A stretch of DNA of 64,000 bases from Opitutales bacterium (GCA_022361075.1 JAKSBQ010000357.1:1472-65471), one strand, 5' to 3'; shown: positions 52,656-61,817, numbered from the stretch's first letter. Program-made: numbers and translations. The notes: generated from the letters alone by a model not told the origin.

Positions 52656-53075
52656 ATGGAGAGTTTGGAAGAGAAGAGAGATCGTCTGGTGGATGACTTA
52701 TCCATCATTGAAGACCCACACGAGCGATTGGCCTACATCATCGATATTGGTAAATCCTCTGATGGACTATCTGAAGAGCTGCAAATCGATAAGTATCGGA
52801 TCGAAGGCTGTATCTCCAATCTTTGGTTGGTTCCGGCAGAGAAGAATGGCAAATGCTTTTACACCGCTGATTCGGATGCGATGATCACGAAGGGGTTCGC
52901 GAGTTTGCTTTGCAATCTTTATAGTGGTCACTCGCCAGAGGAGATTTTGAAAATAAATCCGGAATTTCTTGCAGATGTGGGTGTGACCCAGCATTTATCG
53001 CCAAATCGGCGCAATGGACTTACTCAAGTTGGCGAAAGAATCGTAAGTTTCGCAAAAATTGTGGCAAATTCGTAA
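52656..53075 (+). CDS. sufE: SufE-family cysteine desulfuration protein
   Basis: The 'YRIEGCISNLWL' active-site Cys context and 'ADSDAMITKGFASLL' are typical of SufE/CsdE. Confidence 0.85.
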   Translation: MESLEEKRDRLVDDLSIIEDPHERLAYIIDIGKSSDGLSEELQIDKYRIEGCISNLWLVPAEKNGKCFYTADSDAMITKGFASLLCNLYSGHSPEEILKINPEFLADVGVTQHLSPNRRNGLTQVGERIVSFAKIVANS

Positions 53076-53173
53076 GATTAGGGGTTTACAAAAAAATATT
53101 AACTACCTAGTGTTAAGTAGTCCCAAGAGCGAATTTAAGAAAATTTCCCCAAAAAAATAGCTCTCCTAAACAA

Positions 53174-53196
53174 GGGCCAGCATCAGATGCTGGCCC
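53174..53196. terminator. Perfect GC-rich palindrome/hairpin downstream of sufE
   Basis: GGGCCAGCATC-A-GATGCTGGCCC. There is no clean T-run after it, so the terminator role is uncertain. Confidence 0.4.
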
Positions 53197-53303
53197 TGAG
53201 TTTGTACAAATCTAACCTCTAAAACTATCAAATAATCTTAGATTAGGTTGTTCTGAAGATCCTGTGAATCCTGTCTAAAATGATTCTTTTCAGGAAATCT
53301 TCA

Positions 53304-53554
53304 TCTCGCAGAGCACGCTAAGATCCCTAAGACCAAACCAAGTTAGCTACCTTAGTTGTGAAAACTGAAATTCGATATTACACCGAACCTCAGGAGCTTG
53401 TACAAATACTCACAGTTAAATTGGAGGGCAATGCTCCGTCATTGCCGCTATCTGGAAGTCCACGCAGCAATGATCAGATCAGGCAGTTGCCGGACCCTCG
53501 AAAGATTCTGTCAGATCAAATCCGAATTTGCGGACCTTAGCGCTCTTTGCGAGA
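53304..53554. repeat. Inverted-repeat-bounded intergenic element (MITE-like or structured RNA)
   Basis: TCTCGCAGAGCACGCTAAG (53304-53322) matches the reverse complement of 53536-53554 (TCTCGCAAAGAGCGCTAAG) at 16 of 19 positions. The arms are about 213 bp apart. The tandem heptamer ATCCTGT-GA-ATCCTGT lies just upstream (53260-53276). Confidence 0.3.
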
Positions 53555-53585
53555 AAACAAGAACGATCCTTCTCGCTATTACTCT

Positions 53586-54269
53586 CTAACTTTGAAGATC
53601 TGTTTTGATATCAGCGTATTGCTTCAGGGCTTCACGCCCGCTTTCATCCAGACGATATTTTCCCCGCTCTTCCCGGACAAACCACCCGTAATGATTCATT
53701 CGTAACATATTCCCACAATCAGAATGGCATCCCTTGTTCTTTAGCTGAGCTGGTGACCACAACTTGCCATCGCCCATCTCGCGGGCTACTTCGATTACTC
53801 TCCTGCGGTAGGCGGTTATCTTTTGTTCACTCCCTACCATGCCTGCCTTATTATACTCGGTTGGTCTTGCTTCGATTTCTCTCAGGATTTGGCGTTTTCG
53901 TTTCACTCTTTTGGGTGCCTGCCACTGATCAGGGTGCATCACCACTTCAACACGGGTTTTGGTCTTCAGGAATCGAACCAGTAGAAGACCAAGTTCCAGG
54001 CGCTTCAAGAGTGCTTTCAAATTTCTAAATTCGGGAGGCATGGTTCCGCTTCCATGAACGGGTAATGCCAGGTAAACGGAGTCTGATATCTGTTTACGAT
54101 TAATAGCTTGGTAGATAAACTTCAGACTCACTTTGAGTTTCAGCTCAATCACGATCAATTCGTCACCTTTCATTGCGGTCATATCGCAATGACCCACTTC
54201 GCAATTCACTTTGTATCCCTGGTCTTGTAGGTAACGTTGCAAAGGTTGTGAAAGATCCGCTTCTTTCAT
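53586..54269 (-). CDS. DUF2161-family putative PD-(D/E)XK-type protein
   Basis: Met57 start (MKEADLSQPLQRYLQDQGYKVNCEVGHCDMTAMKGDELIVIELKLKVSLKFIYQAINR...) matches the DUF2161 opening as I remember it (D...E-x-K core: CDM...IELK). The longer ORF would overlap mrdA. Confidence 0.6.
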   Translation of the reverse strand: MKEADLSQPLQRYLQDQGYKVNCEVGHCDMTAMKGDELIVIELKLKVSLKFIYQAINRKQISDSVYLALPVHGSGTMPPEFRNLKALLKRLELGLLLVRFLKTKTRVEVVMHPDQWQAPKRVKRKRQILREIEARPTEYNKAGMVGSEQKITAYRRRVIEVAREMGDGKLWSPAQLKNKGCHSDCGNMLRMNHYGWFVREERGKYRLDESGREALKQYADIKTDLQS

Positions 54270-54354
54270 GATCACTCGAATCTTGTAGCAGTGGAATTCG
54301 ACGGCAAGAGAAGAACCCCTTGCGAAACGTAAAAAACTAAGAAGAACAGGACAT

Positions 54355-56232
54355 TTATTTATCAAAGTAGGCCTCGATGACAGCCTTTGCCACTGGTCCC
54401 GCAGTGCTTCCGCCGTAGATGGGATCCGAAGATTCAATATCTTCGATCACGACAGCTACCGCGATTTGAGGATTTTCGACAGGCGCAAACGCGATCACCC
54501 ACGCGAGGTTTTCTTCGATGCCTCCTGGAAATACCTGCGCGGTTCCGGTTTTAGCTGCGATCGAGAGTCCGGAAATTTGCATGGAGGTTCCGGTCCCGTA
54601 TTCCACGCATTCCCGCATTCCTTTGATGATCGGATCGAAGCGAACACTGGAAAGTGCCAGTTCTTTTCTCGGAGGAAAGGAAGTGTTTTTCCCCTTGAGA
54701 ATGGTTACTGGAAGATACTCCGACCGCTGAGCCACCGCAGCAGTCATGCGAGCCATTTGCAGGGGAGTCACTAGAAGATCCCCCTGGCCGATCGAGACAT
54801 TGACGGTGTCCCCCAGCACCCATGGACCACGTCCGCTTTCTTTCTTCCATTCTCGGTCAGGAACCAGGGTTCTCGTTGATTCGAATGGGAGCTCGACCTC
54901 AGTTGGGCTTCCCAATCCCAAAAGGCGAGACTGAGCTGCGATACTTGCGATACCCGTGTTTAAGCCGAGTTGATAAAAATAGACATTTGAGCTTACCGCT
55001 AGAGAGCGAACCAGATCGATGTAACCGTGCCCGCGGGTCCGGTTTTCAGGGTAAGCACGGTCACCGACGGTGTAATGAGGACCGCAATAAATCTCAAGTT
55101 CCGGTCGGTAGCTCTGATCTTTGAGTGCAGCTAAGGCAGTGATGACTTTGAAAGTGGACCCTGGGGGGTAGTGTCCTTGGGTTGCCCGATTAAGCCATGC
55201 CCCGCTGGATTCGATTTCGTCGTAAGTTTCCTGGGACAGAACCGGACTGAGTTGATTGAGATCGTAGTTGGGTTTGGTCACCAACGCTAGCACTTCGCCT
55301 GTCTGAACGTCGATTGCCGCAATTGCGCCTTTCTTATCCTGTAGAGCCGCTTCTCCGATGATCTGAAGATCGATGTCCAGTGTGGTGTGCAGGTCGCTTC
55401 CCTTTTCCGGCTCGAGAGAATCTACCATTGCAACCTGAAACCCAAGGGTATCGATACTCCAAACTTCCCAGCCGATTCCTCCGCTCAGTTGAGCGTTCAG
55501 AGATTTTTCAAGTCCTGTGACGCCCTCTTGTCGTTTGACATTAAGAGTTCGGATTTCTCCAAATGATCCTGAGTCGATTTTGATGCTTTCGGGGTCACTT
55601 TTTCGAACGTAACCAATCACGTGGCTTCCCACAGAGCCAAACGGGTAATAACGAACCGGTTCACTGAATATTTGAATGGGCGACTCGGGAGGGAGTTGTT
55701 CGATGAGTACGGCGTATTCGTTTTGACTAAGATTCCCGCAAAGTTCGTACGGTAAGATCAATCTGCGATGGAAATGACTTTGAAAACTTCCGATGTCGAG
55801 TTCGAGGTCTCTTCCGAGAATGCTGCCGACAAGGTCCAGCATTTCTTGCATGATTTGCGTCCGCGCTCGCCAGCTCAGAGAAAGGTCGTCGTCGGGAAAT
55901 TGGCTGGAGTCGAGTTCTTTTAATTCCTGATAGCGTTCGCGAAATTGTGCTCTGAGTTCGTTGAGGTAAACTCCTACTGAAAAAAGTGGTTGGTTTCCGG
56001 CGAGAAGGACACCGTTGCGATCGAAGATGTTGCCCCTCGCTCCTTCTTTTATGATTCGACGATAGGTTTGATAAGCTTCCTTGTCCTCGTACTGAGCGCT
56101 GTTGATGAGTTGATGCCAGACCAAGCCTCCTAGCAGAACGAGTAACCCTAATCCAAAAATGACTCCCATAGAGATCAAACGTCGGGCTGGCTGACGGTTC
56201 CCGGGAATGGGATTAATGGGTTCTGGATTCAT
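54355..56232 (-). CDS. mrdA: Penicillin-binding protein 2 (peptidoglycan D,D-transpeptidase)
   Basis: N-terminal TM anchor. Motifs STFK (PPGSTFKVITA), SSN (AVSSNVYFY) and KTGT (AAKTGTAQV). 625 aa. Confidence 0.9.
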   Translation of the reverse strand: MNPEPINPIPGNRQPARRLISMGVIFGLGLLVLLGGLVWHQLINSAQYEDKEAYQTYRRIIKEGARGNIFDRNGVLLAGNQPLFSVGVYLNELRAQFRERYQELKELDSSQFPDDDLSLSWRARTQIMQEMLDLVGSILGRDLELDIGSFQSHFHRRLILPYELCGNLSQNEYAVLIEQLPPESPIQIFSEPVRYYPFGSVGSHVIGYVRKSDPESIKIDSGSFGEIRTLNVKRQEGVTGLEKSLNAQLSGGIGWEVWSIDTLGFQVAMVDSLEPEKGSDLHTTLDIDLQIIGEAALQDKKGAIAAIDVQTGEVLALVTKPNYDLNQLSPVLSQETYDEIESSGAWLNRATQGHYPPGSTFKVITALAALKDQSYRPELEIYCGPHYTVGDRAYPENRTRGHGYIDLVRSLAVSSNVYFYQLGLNTGIASIAAQSRLLGLGSPTEVELPFESTRTLVPDREWKKESGRGPWVLGDTVNVSIGQGDLLVTPLQMARMTAAVAQRSEYLPVTILKGKNTSFPPRKELALSSVRFDPIIKGMRECVEYGTGTSMQISGLSIAAKTGTAQVFPGGIEENLAWVIAFAPVENPQIAVAVVIEDIESSDPIYGGSTAGPVAKAVIEAYFDK

Positions 56233-56262
56233 TTACCGAATCTCAAGAGGCTTTCAGATGGA

Positions 56263-57249
56263 TTAAGGAATCGGGACCTGGCTAAACACCTTTTCGATCA
56301 CTTGCTCGGAAGTGATTTCTTCTGCTTCTGCCTCATAGGTGAGCAGGATGCGGTGTCGAAGCACATCCGCTCCGATTGCCTTTACGTCGTGCGGAGTCAC
56401 ATAGCTTTTCCCCCTTAAAAACGCATAGGCTCTGGCGCCAAGGGTCAGTGCGATGGTCGCGCGAGGGGAAGCGCCGTACTCGATGAAAGCTTCGTAGTCG
56501 ATTCCGAAGTCCATTGGTTTCCGAGTCGCATGCACGATTGAAAGAATGTAGTCTTTAATCCGATCATCGAGGTAAATATCATCGACTCGTTCTCGGGCGC
56601 GAAGGATTTCCTCTGTGGAGATGACTGAATTGATTTCCACATCCCGCTTGTTTCGCGCCATGAGATCCATGATCACCCGCTCTTCAGGTCTCGTGGGGTA
56701 ACCGATCTTCACCTTAAACATGAAACGGTCCACCTGTGCTTCGGGTAACGGATAGGTTCCTTCCTGATCGATGGGATTTTCCGTTGCGAGAACCAGAAAC
56801 GGATCGTCGAGTTTGAAAGTTTCCTCACCGATAGTGACTTGCCGTTCCTGCATACTCTCAAGCAGCGCACTTTGAACTTTAGCTGGAGCCCGATTGATTT
56901 CGTCCGCAAGCACGATGTTCGCAAATACCGGGCCCTTCTGAGGGATGAACTGATTCTTCTCCGTGTTGTAAATGACGGTTCCCACTACGTCTCCCGGTAA
57001 AAGGTCAGGAGTGAACTGAATACGGCTGAACTCAGCAGACACACATTGTGCCAAAGTCTTGACTGTCAGAGTCTTAGCCAATCCTGGAACACCTTCCAGC
57101 AAAACGTGACCGTTGGTGAGCAGGCCGAGAATCAAGCGATCAATGAGGTCGTCCTGACCAACGACCACCTTGGCCATCTCGTTTTTGAGGTTTTGAATCC
57201 ACTGAATATCAGCTTCGCCGATCGGTTCTTTTGGCATTTCGTCAGCCAT
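56263..57249 (-). CDS. MoxR-family AAA+ ATPase
   Basis: VLLEGVPGLAKT Walker A, LADEINRAPAKVQSALLESMQE, 328 aa. Confidence 0.92.
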   Translation of the reverse strand: MADEMPKEPIGEADIQWIQNLKNEMAKVVVGQDDLIDRLILGLLTNGHVLLEGVPGLAKTLTVKTLAQCVSAEFSRIQFTPDLLPGDVVGTVIYNTEKNQFIPQKGPVFANIVLADEINRAPAKVQSALLESMQERQVTIGEETFKLDDPFLVLATENPIDQEGTYPLPEAQVDRFMFKVKIGYPTRPEERVIMDLMARNKRDVEINSVISTEEILRARERVDDIYLDDRIKDYILSIVHATRKPMDFGIDYEAFIEYGASPRATIALTLGARAYAFLRGKSYVTPHDVKAIGADVLRHRILLTYEAEAEEITSEQVIEKVFSQVPIP

Positions 57250-57397
57250 GATTTTCTAATGTGTGTCTTGCTCTCCGCTCTGCAAGGCTATTTCCCGCGC
57301 AAAGGCAAATATTCCGACGGTAAAAAAGAAAAAAGTTTTTGGAATTTTCGGGCTTGCCAAACTCAGGGGCTAACTCATACTCCCATCCTTTACTCGC

Positions 57398-57474
57398 GCA
57401 TCCTTAGCTCAATTGGATAGAGCACCTGACTACGGATCAGGAGGTTGGGGGTTCGACTCCCTCAGGATGTGCCA
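57398..57474 (+). tRNA. tRNA-Arg (anticodon ACG), CCA encoded
   Basis: Hand fold: GCATCCT TA GCTC AATTGGATA GAGC A CCTGA CTACGGA TCAGG AGGTT GGGGG TTCGACT CCCTC AGGATGT G CCA. It parallels E. coli tRNA-Arg(ACG). Position 1:72 is a G:U pair. Confidence 0.9.
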
Positions 57475-57486
57475 TTTTATGTACGG

Positions 57487-58704
57487 ATGAATGATCTGGA
57501 ATTAGATCTTTTGAACTTTAACGAGTTCGGTAAACAAACGAGAGTCGAGATCGTCCGACATGAAAGTAGAGACATTCCTGTCTACACGAACGAGTTTTGG
57601 ACGGCGAAGCAGCGGGCGGGGTGTTCGCTGCATGAGATTTCGTACAGGGCATGTTTCAAGCCGCAGTTGCCGAGGTTTTTCATTGATCGTCTGACTAAGT
57701 CCGGGGATGTCGTTTATGATCCGTTTATGGGCAGGGGAACGACTCTGCTTGAGGCGGCATTGAAAGATCGGGTTTCGGTCGGATGTGACATGAATCCCTT
57801 GAGTCGGATTCTTTTATCCCCTCGTTTGAATCCGCCGACGCTGAAGGAAGTCGAAAATCGGTTATCAGAGATTGAACTATCGGGGAGTAGCATCGAGGGT
57901 GCGGAAGAACTTTTGTGTTTTTACCACAAAGATACGCTTCGGGAACTGATTAGTCTCAAAACGTATCTCTCAGAGAAAGAGAAGTCGGGGGAACTGGATC
58001 GAATTGACTCGTGGATTCGCATGGTCGCTACCAATCGGTTGACGGGGCATTCTTCAGGATTCTTTTCGGTTTATACCATGCCGCCGAATCAGGCGGTTTC
58101 AATCGAATCACAGTTGAAGATTAACGAACGGCGAAATCAGACTCCACCGTATCGTGATGTTGCGAAGGTCATTCTGAAAAAGAGCAAGTCCCTGCTGAAT
58201 CGGGTAAGCCAAGATGAACTGAGTCAACTTCAACAGAGTTCAGAAAGGTATTTGCTGTTAACCGGGAGCGCCGATTCAACTCCTCAGATACGAGATGAAT
58301 CCGTGTCACTTGTGGTGACTTCACCACCGTTCCTGGATGTGGTGAATTACCAGCAAGACAACTGGCTTCGGTGTTGGTTCAACGGAATGGACGCGGCAGA
58401 GATTCCGATTTGGCAGATCCGAAGCGCGGAAGATTGGATCGCGAAAATGACGGGAGTTTTCAGGGAACTCAAACGGGTGTTAAAACCAGGGGGACACATC
58501 GCGTTTGAAGTGGGTGAGATTCGCAAAGGCAAAATATTGATGGAGCATCTGGTGATTCCGGCGGCGCAAGATGCGGGTCTATCCCCAAAATTAATCTTGG
58601 TGAACGACCAGATTTTCACCAAAACGGCGAACTGTTGGGGGATTACCAATCAGCGGAAGGGCACTAACACGAATCGGATCATTCTGCTCAGAAAGGGAGC
58701 CTAA
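57487..58704 (+). CDS. DNA methyltransferase, SPPF-type (N4-cytosine or N6-adenine), no partner endonuclease
   Basis: The ORF-track start at 57445 lies inside the tRNA, so the ATG at 57487 (MNDLELDLL...) is preferred. AdoMet motif VVYDPFMGRGTT is at about aa 75. Catalytic motif LVVTSPPFLDVVNY is about 200 aa later, giving an alpha-type order. Confidence 0.82.
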   Translation: MNDLELDLLNFNEFGKQTRVEIVRHESRDIPVYTNEFWTAKQRAGCSLHEISYRACFKPQLPRFFIDRLTKSGDVVYDPFMGRGTTLLEAALKDRVSVGCDMNPLSRILLSPRLNPPTLKEVENRLSEIELSGSSIEGAEELLCFYHKDTLRELISLKTYLSEKEKSGELDRIDSWIRMVATNRLTGHSSGFFSVYTMPPNQAVSIESQLKINERRNQTPPYRDVAKVILKKSKSLLNRVSQDELSQLQQSSERYLLLTGSADSTPQIRDESVSLVVTSPPFLDVVNYQQDNWLRCWFNGMDAAEIPIWQIRSAEDWIAKMTGVFRELKRVLKPGGHIAFEVGEIRKGKILMEHLVIPAAQDAGLSPKLILVNDQIFTKTANCWGITNQRKGTNTNRIILLRKGA

Positions 58705-58849
58705 TTTTTCACATGGAGGTATTGAAGAATTGCTTCTTAGGGTTTTGGTTGAACCACCAATTTGCACGAATCGGTAAAAAGGTAGATTTTTTGTCCGATG
58801 TTAATCCAGCTTCAATTTCTTCACTACCTTCATGTGAAATAAATAGGGG

Positions 58850-59650
58850 CTAATTCGGAAAATTCCCGGCTTTTACTGCATCGGAGTAGTCTTCTATTCC
58901 CTTTTTAATCGGGACTTTCAAGTCGGCGAATACAGTCGCGAAGCCGGGAATGTATTCGCTCATACCGAGTACATCGGTGATCACAAGAATCTGACCATCG
59001 CATTCCGCTCCGCAACCGATTCCGATGAAAGGAACATTAAGGGCCTGCGTGATTTCGGCGGCTGTGTGCGCTTTGATAGCTTCACCGAGCACACAGAAAC
59101 AACCGGCATCTTGCAACGCGAGAGCCCAGTCGATGAGGCGCTTTTTGCCGGATTCGCGATTACCATAGCTGCGATAGTTGCCGAGTGCGTTGATGTTCTG
59201 CGGTAGCAGACCGATGTGACCGAGGATGGGAATGCCGGCCTTGATCAGCGTGCGAATTTTTGGGAAAAGGCTTTCATCGCCGACCTCGATTTTGATCGCT
59301 TGCACACCCTGGATCTGCATCAGCTGGCGACAGGAATCGAGCAGCAAATCCATGCTTTGGTAAGCCAGGGAAAAAGGCAGATCGACCACGAGCAAGCTTT
59401 GAGGCTGTGCGCGGGCAGCAGCAGCGGCGTGGTGCTTCATCACATCAAGGGTAACGGAAACGGTATCTTCGTAACCCAGCATGGTGTTCCCGACCGAATC
59501 GCCCACCAGGATCAGGTCCACGTAGGGATCCACCATTCGGGTCCAGAGGGCATCGTAGGCGGTGATGGCGACGATTTTTTCTTTACCCTTCATTTGCTGA
59601 ATGGATTTTACCGTCAGCTTGGATTTTCCGTTTTCAGATGCTTGTCCCAT
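58850..59650 (-). CDS. panB: 3-methyl-2-oxobutanoate hydroxymethyltransferase
   Basis: VAITAYDALWTRMVDPYVDLILVGDSVGNTMLGY is canonical PanB. 266 aa. Confidence 0.95.
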   Translation of the reverse strand: MGQASENGKSKLTVKSIQQMKGKEKIVAITAYDALWTRMVDPYVDLILVGDSVGNTMLGYEDTVSVTLDVMKHHAAAAARAQPQSLLVVDLPFSLAYQSMDLLLDSCRQLMQIQGVQAIKIEVGDESLFPKIRTLIKAGIPILGHIGLLPQNINALGNYRSYGNRESGKKRLIDWALALQDAGCFCVLGEAIKAHTAAEITQALNVPFIGIGCGAECDGQILVITDVLGMSEYIPGFATVFADLKVPIKKGIEDYSDAVKAGNFPN

Positions 59651-60128
59651 GGATTTTGTTGTGAAAAAGGTTCAACTTCGTATTTTCTCTCAGCTGATGG
59701 GGTTTTCAATCATTAAAGCAATTCTCTCATGGCAAGCCTGGAAAGCTTCCGCCCCACGCCCGACGATCCGCTCCCGCCATCGAAAGCGTAAACAAAAGTT
59801 GTTGCCTCAGCGTTCCGCCCGCAGGCGCTACAAGCGCACTCAACGATTGATGAAACGGAGTCGATTCCGTGACCGTGAAAAGTGGAACAAGTTGGTTACT
59901 CACGGAATTGCGTCGTTGGTAGTAACGAGCGCCGTGGGTTGGACTTTCTACGAGTTTGTGATGGCGGCGGTGCTCATGGAGTAGGGCTTTAACCGCGAAT
60001 CGCACTAATTTTCACAAATTGCGGAGGGACAGGTGAATTTTGATGGGTTGCCTGGAGGCAACTGAGTGTTTAACCGCAGATTATTTGGATCTAATGAATT
60101 GGCTACGAGGCAGAGGGTGTTGGGGCAT

Positions 60129-60165
60129 AAAAAAATCCAAGATGCTAGTGCTACTTGGATTTTTG
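60129..60165 (-). terminator. Rho-independent (bidirectional-looking) terminator after fabF
   Basis: A-run, ATCCAAG (60135-60141), a 12-nt loop, CTTGGAT (60154-60160), then a T-run. It lies 25 nt downstream of the fabF stop. Confidence 0.65.
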
Positions 60166-60189
60166 AAAATTGGAGTGGTGAGTGGTGAA

Positions 60190-61431
60190 CTACGCTCTCT
60201 TGAAGAGAATTGAAGTGTTGTGACCTCCAAATCCAAGATTATTGGAGAGTGCGTAGTCGATTTTTGCTTCTCTTGCGGTGTTGGGAACGTAGTCCAAATC
60301 GCACTCAGGATCAGGTGTGGTGTAGTTGATGGTAGGAGGCAGAACTCCTTCGTTGATTGCCTGAATACAGCAAATCGCTTCCACCGCACCAGCGGCTCCG
60401 AGCAAGTGGCCAGTCATGGATTTTGTGGAACTCACGGGCACCTTGTAAGCGGCGTCACCAAAGACACTTTTGATACAACCTGTTTCGGTGGAATCGTTGT
60501 ACTTGGTAGAAGTTCCGTGAGCGTTGATGTAACCCACCTGATCCGCGGTGACTTCCGCTTGTCTCAAACAATTGCGGATCGCCAGAGAAAGTCCGTATCC
60601 GTCAGGAGTCGGTGCAGTGATGTGGTAAGCGTCATTGGTCGCGCTGTAACCGGCCACCTCAGCGTAAACTTTTGCTCCGCGCTTTTTGGCACTGGACTCC
60701 GTTTCGAGAACCAAAACACCTGCACCTTCACCCATCACAAAACCATCGCGGTTGAGATCAAACGGACGACTGGCGAGCTCAGGAGTATCGTTATACTCGG
60801 TGCTCATTGCTTTGAGAGAACAGAATCCGGCAAAAGCCAGAGCGGTGATGGTCGCTTCACTACCGCCAGCGAGCATGATGTCGGCGTCGCCAGTTCTCAT
60901 GATTCGAGCAGCTTCACCGATTGCGTGTGAACCGGTCGCACAAGCGCTGACCACTCCGAAGTTGGGTCCCTTCAATCCGTACTCGATCGAGATGATGCCC
61001 GAAGCGATGTTGGAGATCAGTGAAGGAATCATGAAGGCGGACACGCGACGTGGGCCTTTATCGAAAAGATTCTTCGCTTGTTTCTCGATGGTGTCCATTC
61101 CACCGATTCCTGAACCCACCAATACGCCGACTCGGTCAGTGTCAGTGTTTTCAAAATCAACTCCGCTGTCCTCAACAGCGCGTTTTGCAGCGGCTAAGGC
61201 AAAGTGAGTGTAGCGGTCATTTCGCTTAGCTTCCTTTGGGTCCATGTATTGCGTGACGTCGAAGTCATGGATTTCACCCGCTACTTTGGATGTGAACCCT
61301 TCGGTATCAAATGCAGTTACAGAGCCGATACTTGATTTTCCGGCAGTGATGTTTGACCAGAAAGTAGGAATATCTTCTCCGAGAGCTGATATGACTCCCA
61401 TCCCTGTCACAAAAATGCGTTCTTGTGCCAT
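60190..61431 (-). CDS. fabF: Beta-ketoacyl-ACP synthase II
   Basis: Active-site Cys context VVSACATGSHAIGEA, His motifs (INAHGTST; KSMTGHLLGAAG), GFGGHN C-terminus. 413 aa. Confidence 0.97.
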   Translation of the reverse strand: MAQERIFVTGMGVISALGEDIPTFWSNITAGKSSIGSVTAFDTEGFTSKVAGEIHDFDVTQYMDPKEAKRNDRYTHFALAAAKRAVEDSGVDFENTDTDRVGVLVGSGIGGMDTIEKQAKNLFDKGPRRVSAFMIPSLISNIASGIISIEYGLKGPNFGVVSACATGSHAIGEAARIMRTGDADIMLAGGSEATITALAFAGFCSLKAMSTEYNDTPELASRPFDLNRDGFVMGEGAGVLVLETESSAKKRGAKVYAEVAGYSATNDAYHITAPTPDGYGLSLAIRNCLRQAEVTADQVGYINAHGTSTKYNDSTETGCIKSVFGDAAYKVPVSSTKSMTGHLLGAAGAVEAICCIQAINEGVLPPTINYTTPDPECDLDYVPNTAREAKIDYALSNNLGFGGHNTSILFKRA

Positions 61432-61530
61432 CTTACGATTCTTTTGGGTTCGTTTATAGAAAACGGACTACATCTGTAGCCCGATCTGTCGAAATGGATA
61501 AAACTGTTGTAATGCGGACCGCGAAAGAGC

Positions 61531-61782
61531 TTACGCTTTTTCTTGGATGTATTTGATAACGTCTCCCACAGTCTGGAGTTTTTCCGCGTCAGACTCAGGA
61601 ATTTCGTCGTTAAGTTCGTCCTTAAACTCCTCTTCAAAGGCCATGATCAACTCTACGGTATCGAGAGAATCTGCACCCAAATCGTCAATGAAAGATGCCT
61701 CAGGCTTGATCTGATCTTCATTGACGTTCAGTTGGCTGACGATGATTTCGCTTACTCTTTGTTCGATGGTTTTATCACTCAT
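61531..61782 (-). CDS. acpP: Acyl carrier protein
   Basis: Internal Met14 start. [19 protein letters not shown] carries the phosphopantetheine-Ser motif. Confidence 0.95.
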   Translation of the reverse strand: MSDKTIEQRVSEIIVSQLNVNEDQIKPEASFIDDLGADSLDTVELIMAFEEEFKDELNDEIPESDAEKLQTVGDVIKYIQEKA

Positions 61783-61817
61783 ATTGACTCGTGTTTGTTC
61801 GAAGTGGAAATTTAAGA

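Noticed and set aside
53440-53500. GGAAGTCC and CAGG...CCGGA strings reminiscent of RNase P RNA or SRP RNA conserved motifs
   Set aside because: Only short partial matches are present. The flanking conserved helices and motifs of either RNA are not there, and I could not build either fold.
57445-57486. N-terminal extension of the methyltransferase ORF (track start at 57445)
   Set aside because: It would begin inside tRNA-Arg. The in-frame ATG at 57487, just past the tRNA, is the credible start.
59601-60005. 127-aa plus-strand ORF and 92-aa minus-strand ORF in the panB-fabF gap
   Set aside because: The plus ORF starts inside panB. Its only plausible part is a very basic stretch followed by one hydrophobic helix (…KWNKLVTHGIASLVVTSAVGWTFYEFVMAAVLME). 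It might be a real small membrane protein, but I have no motif or context support, so it is not called.
60220-61207. Two long plus-strand ORFs (236 aa and 173 aa)
   Set aside because: Both are antisense to fabF. Their Ser/Thr/Arg-rich low-complexity translations are typical of antisense frames.
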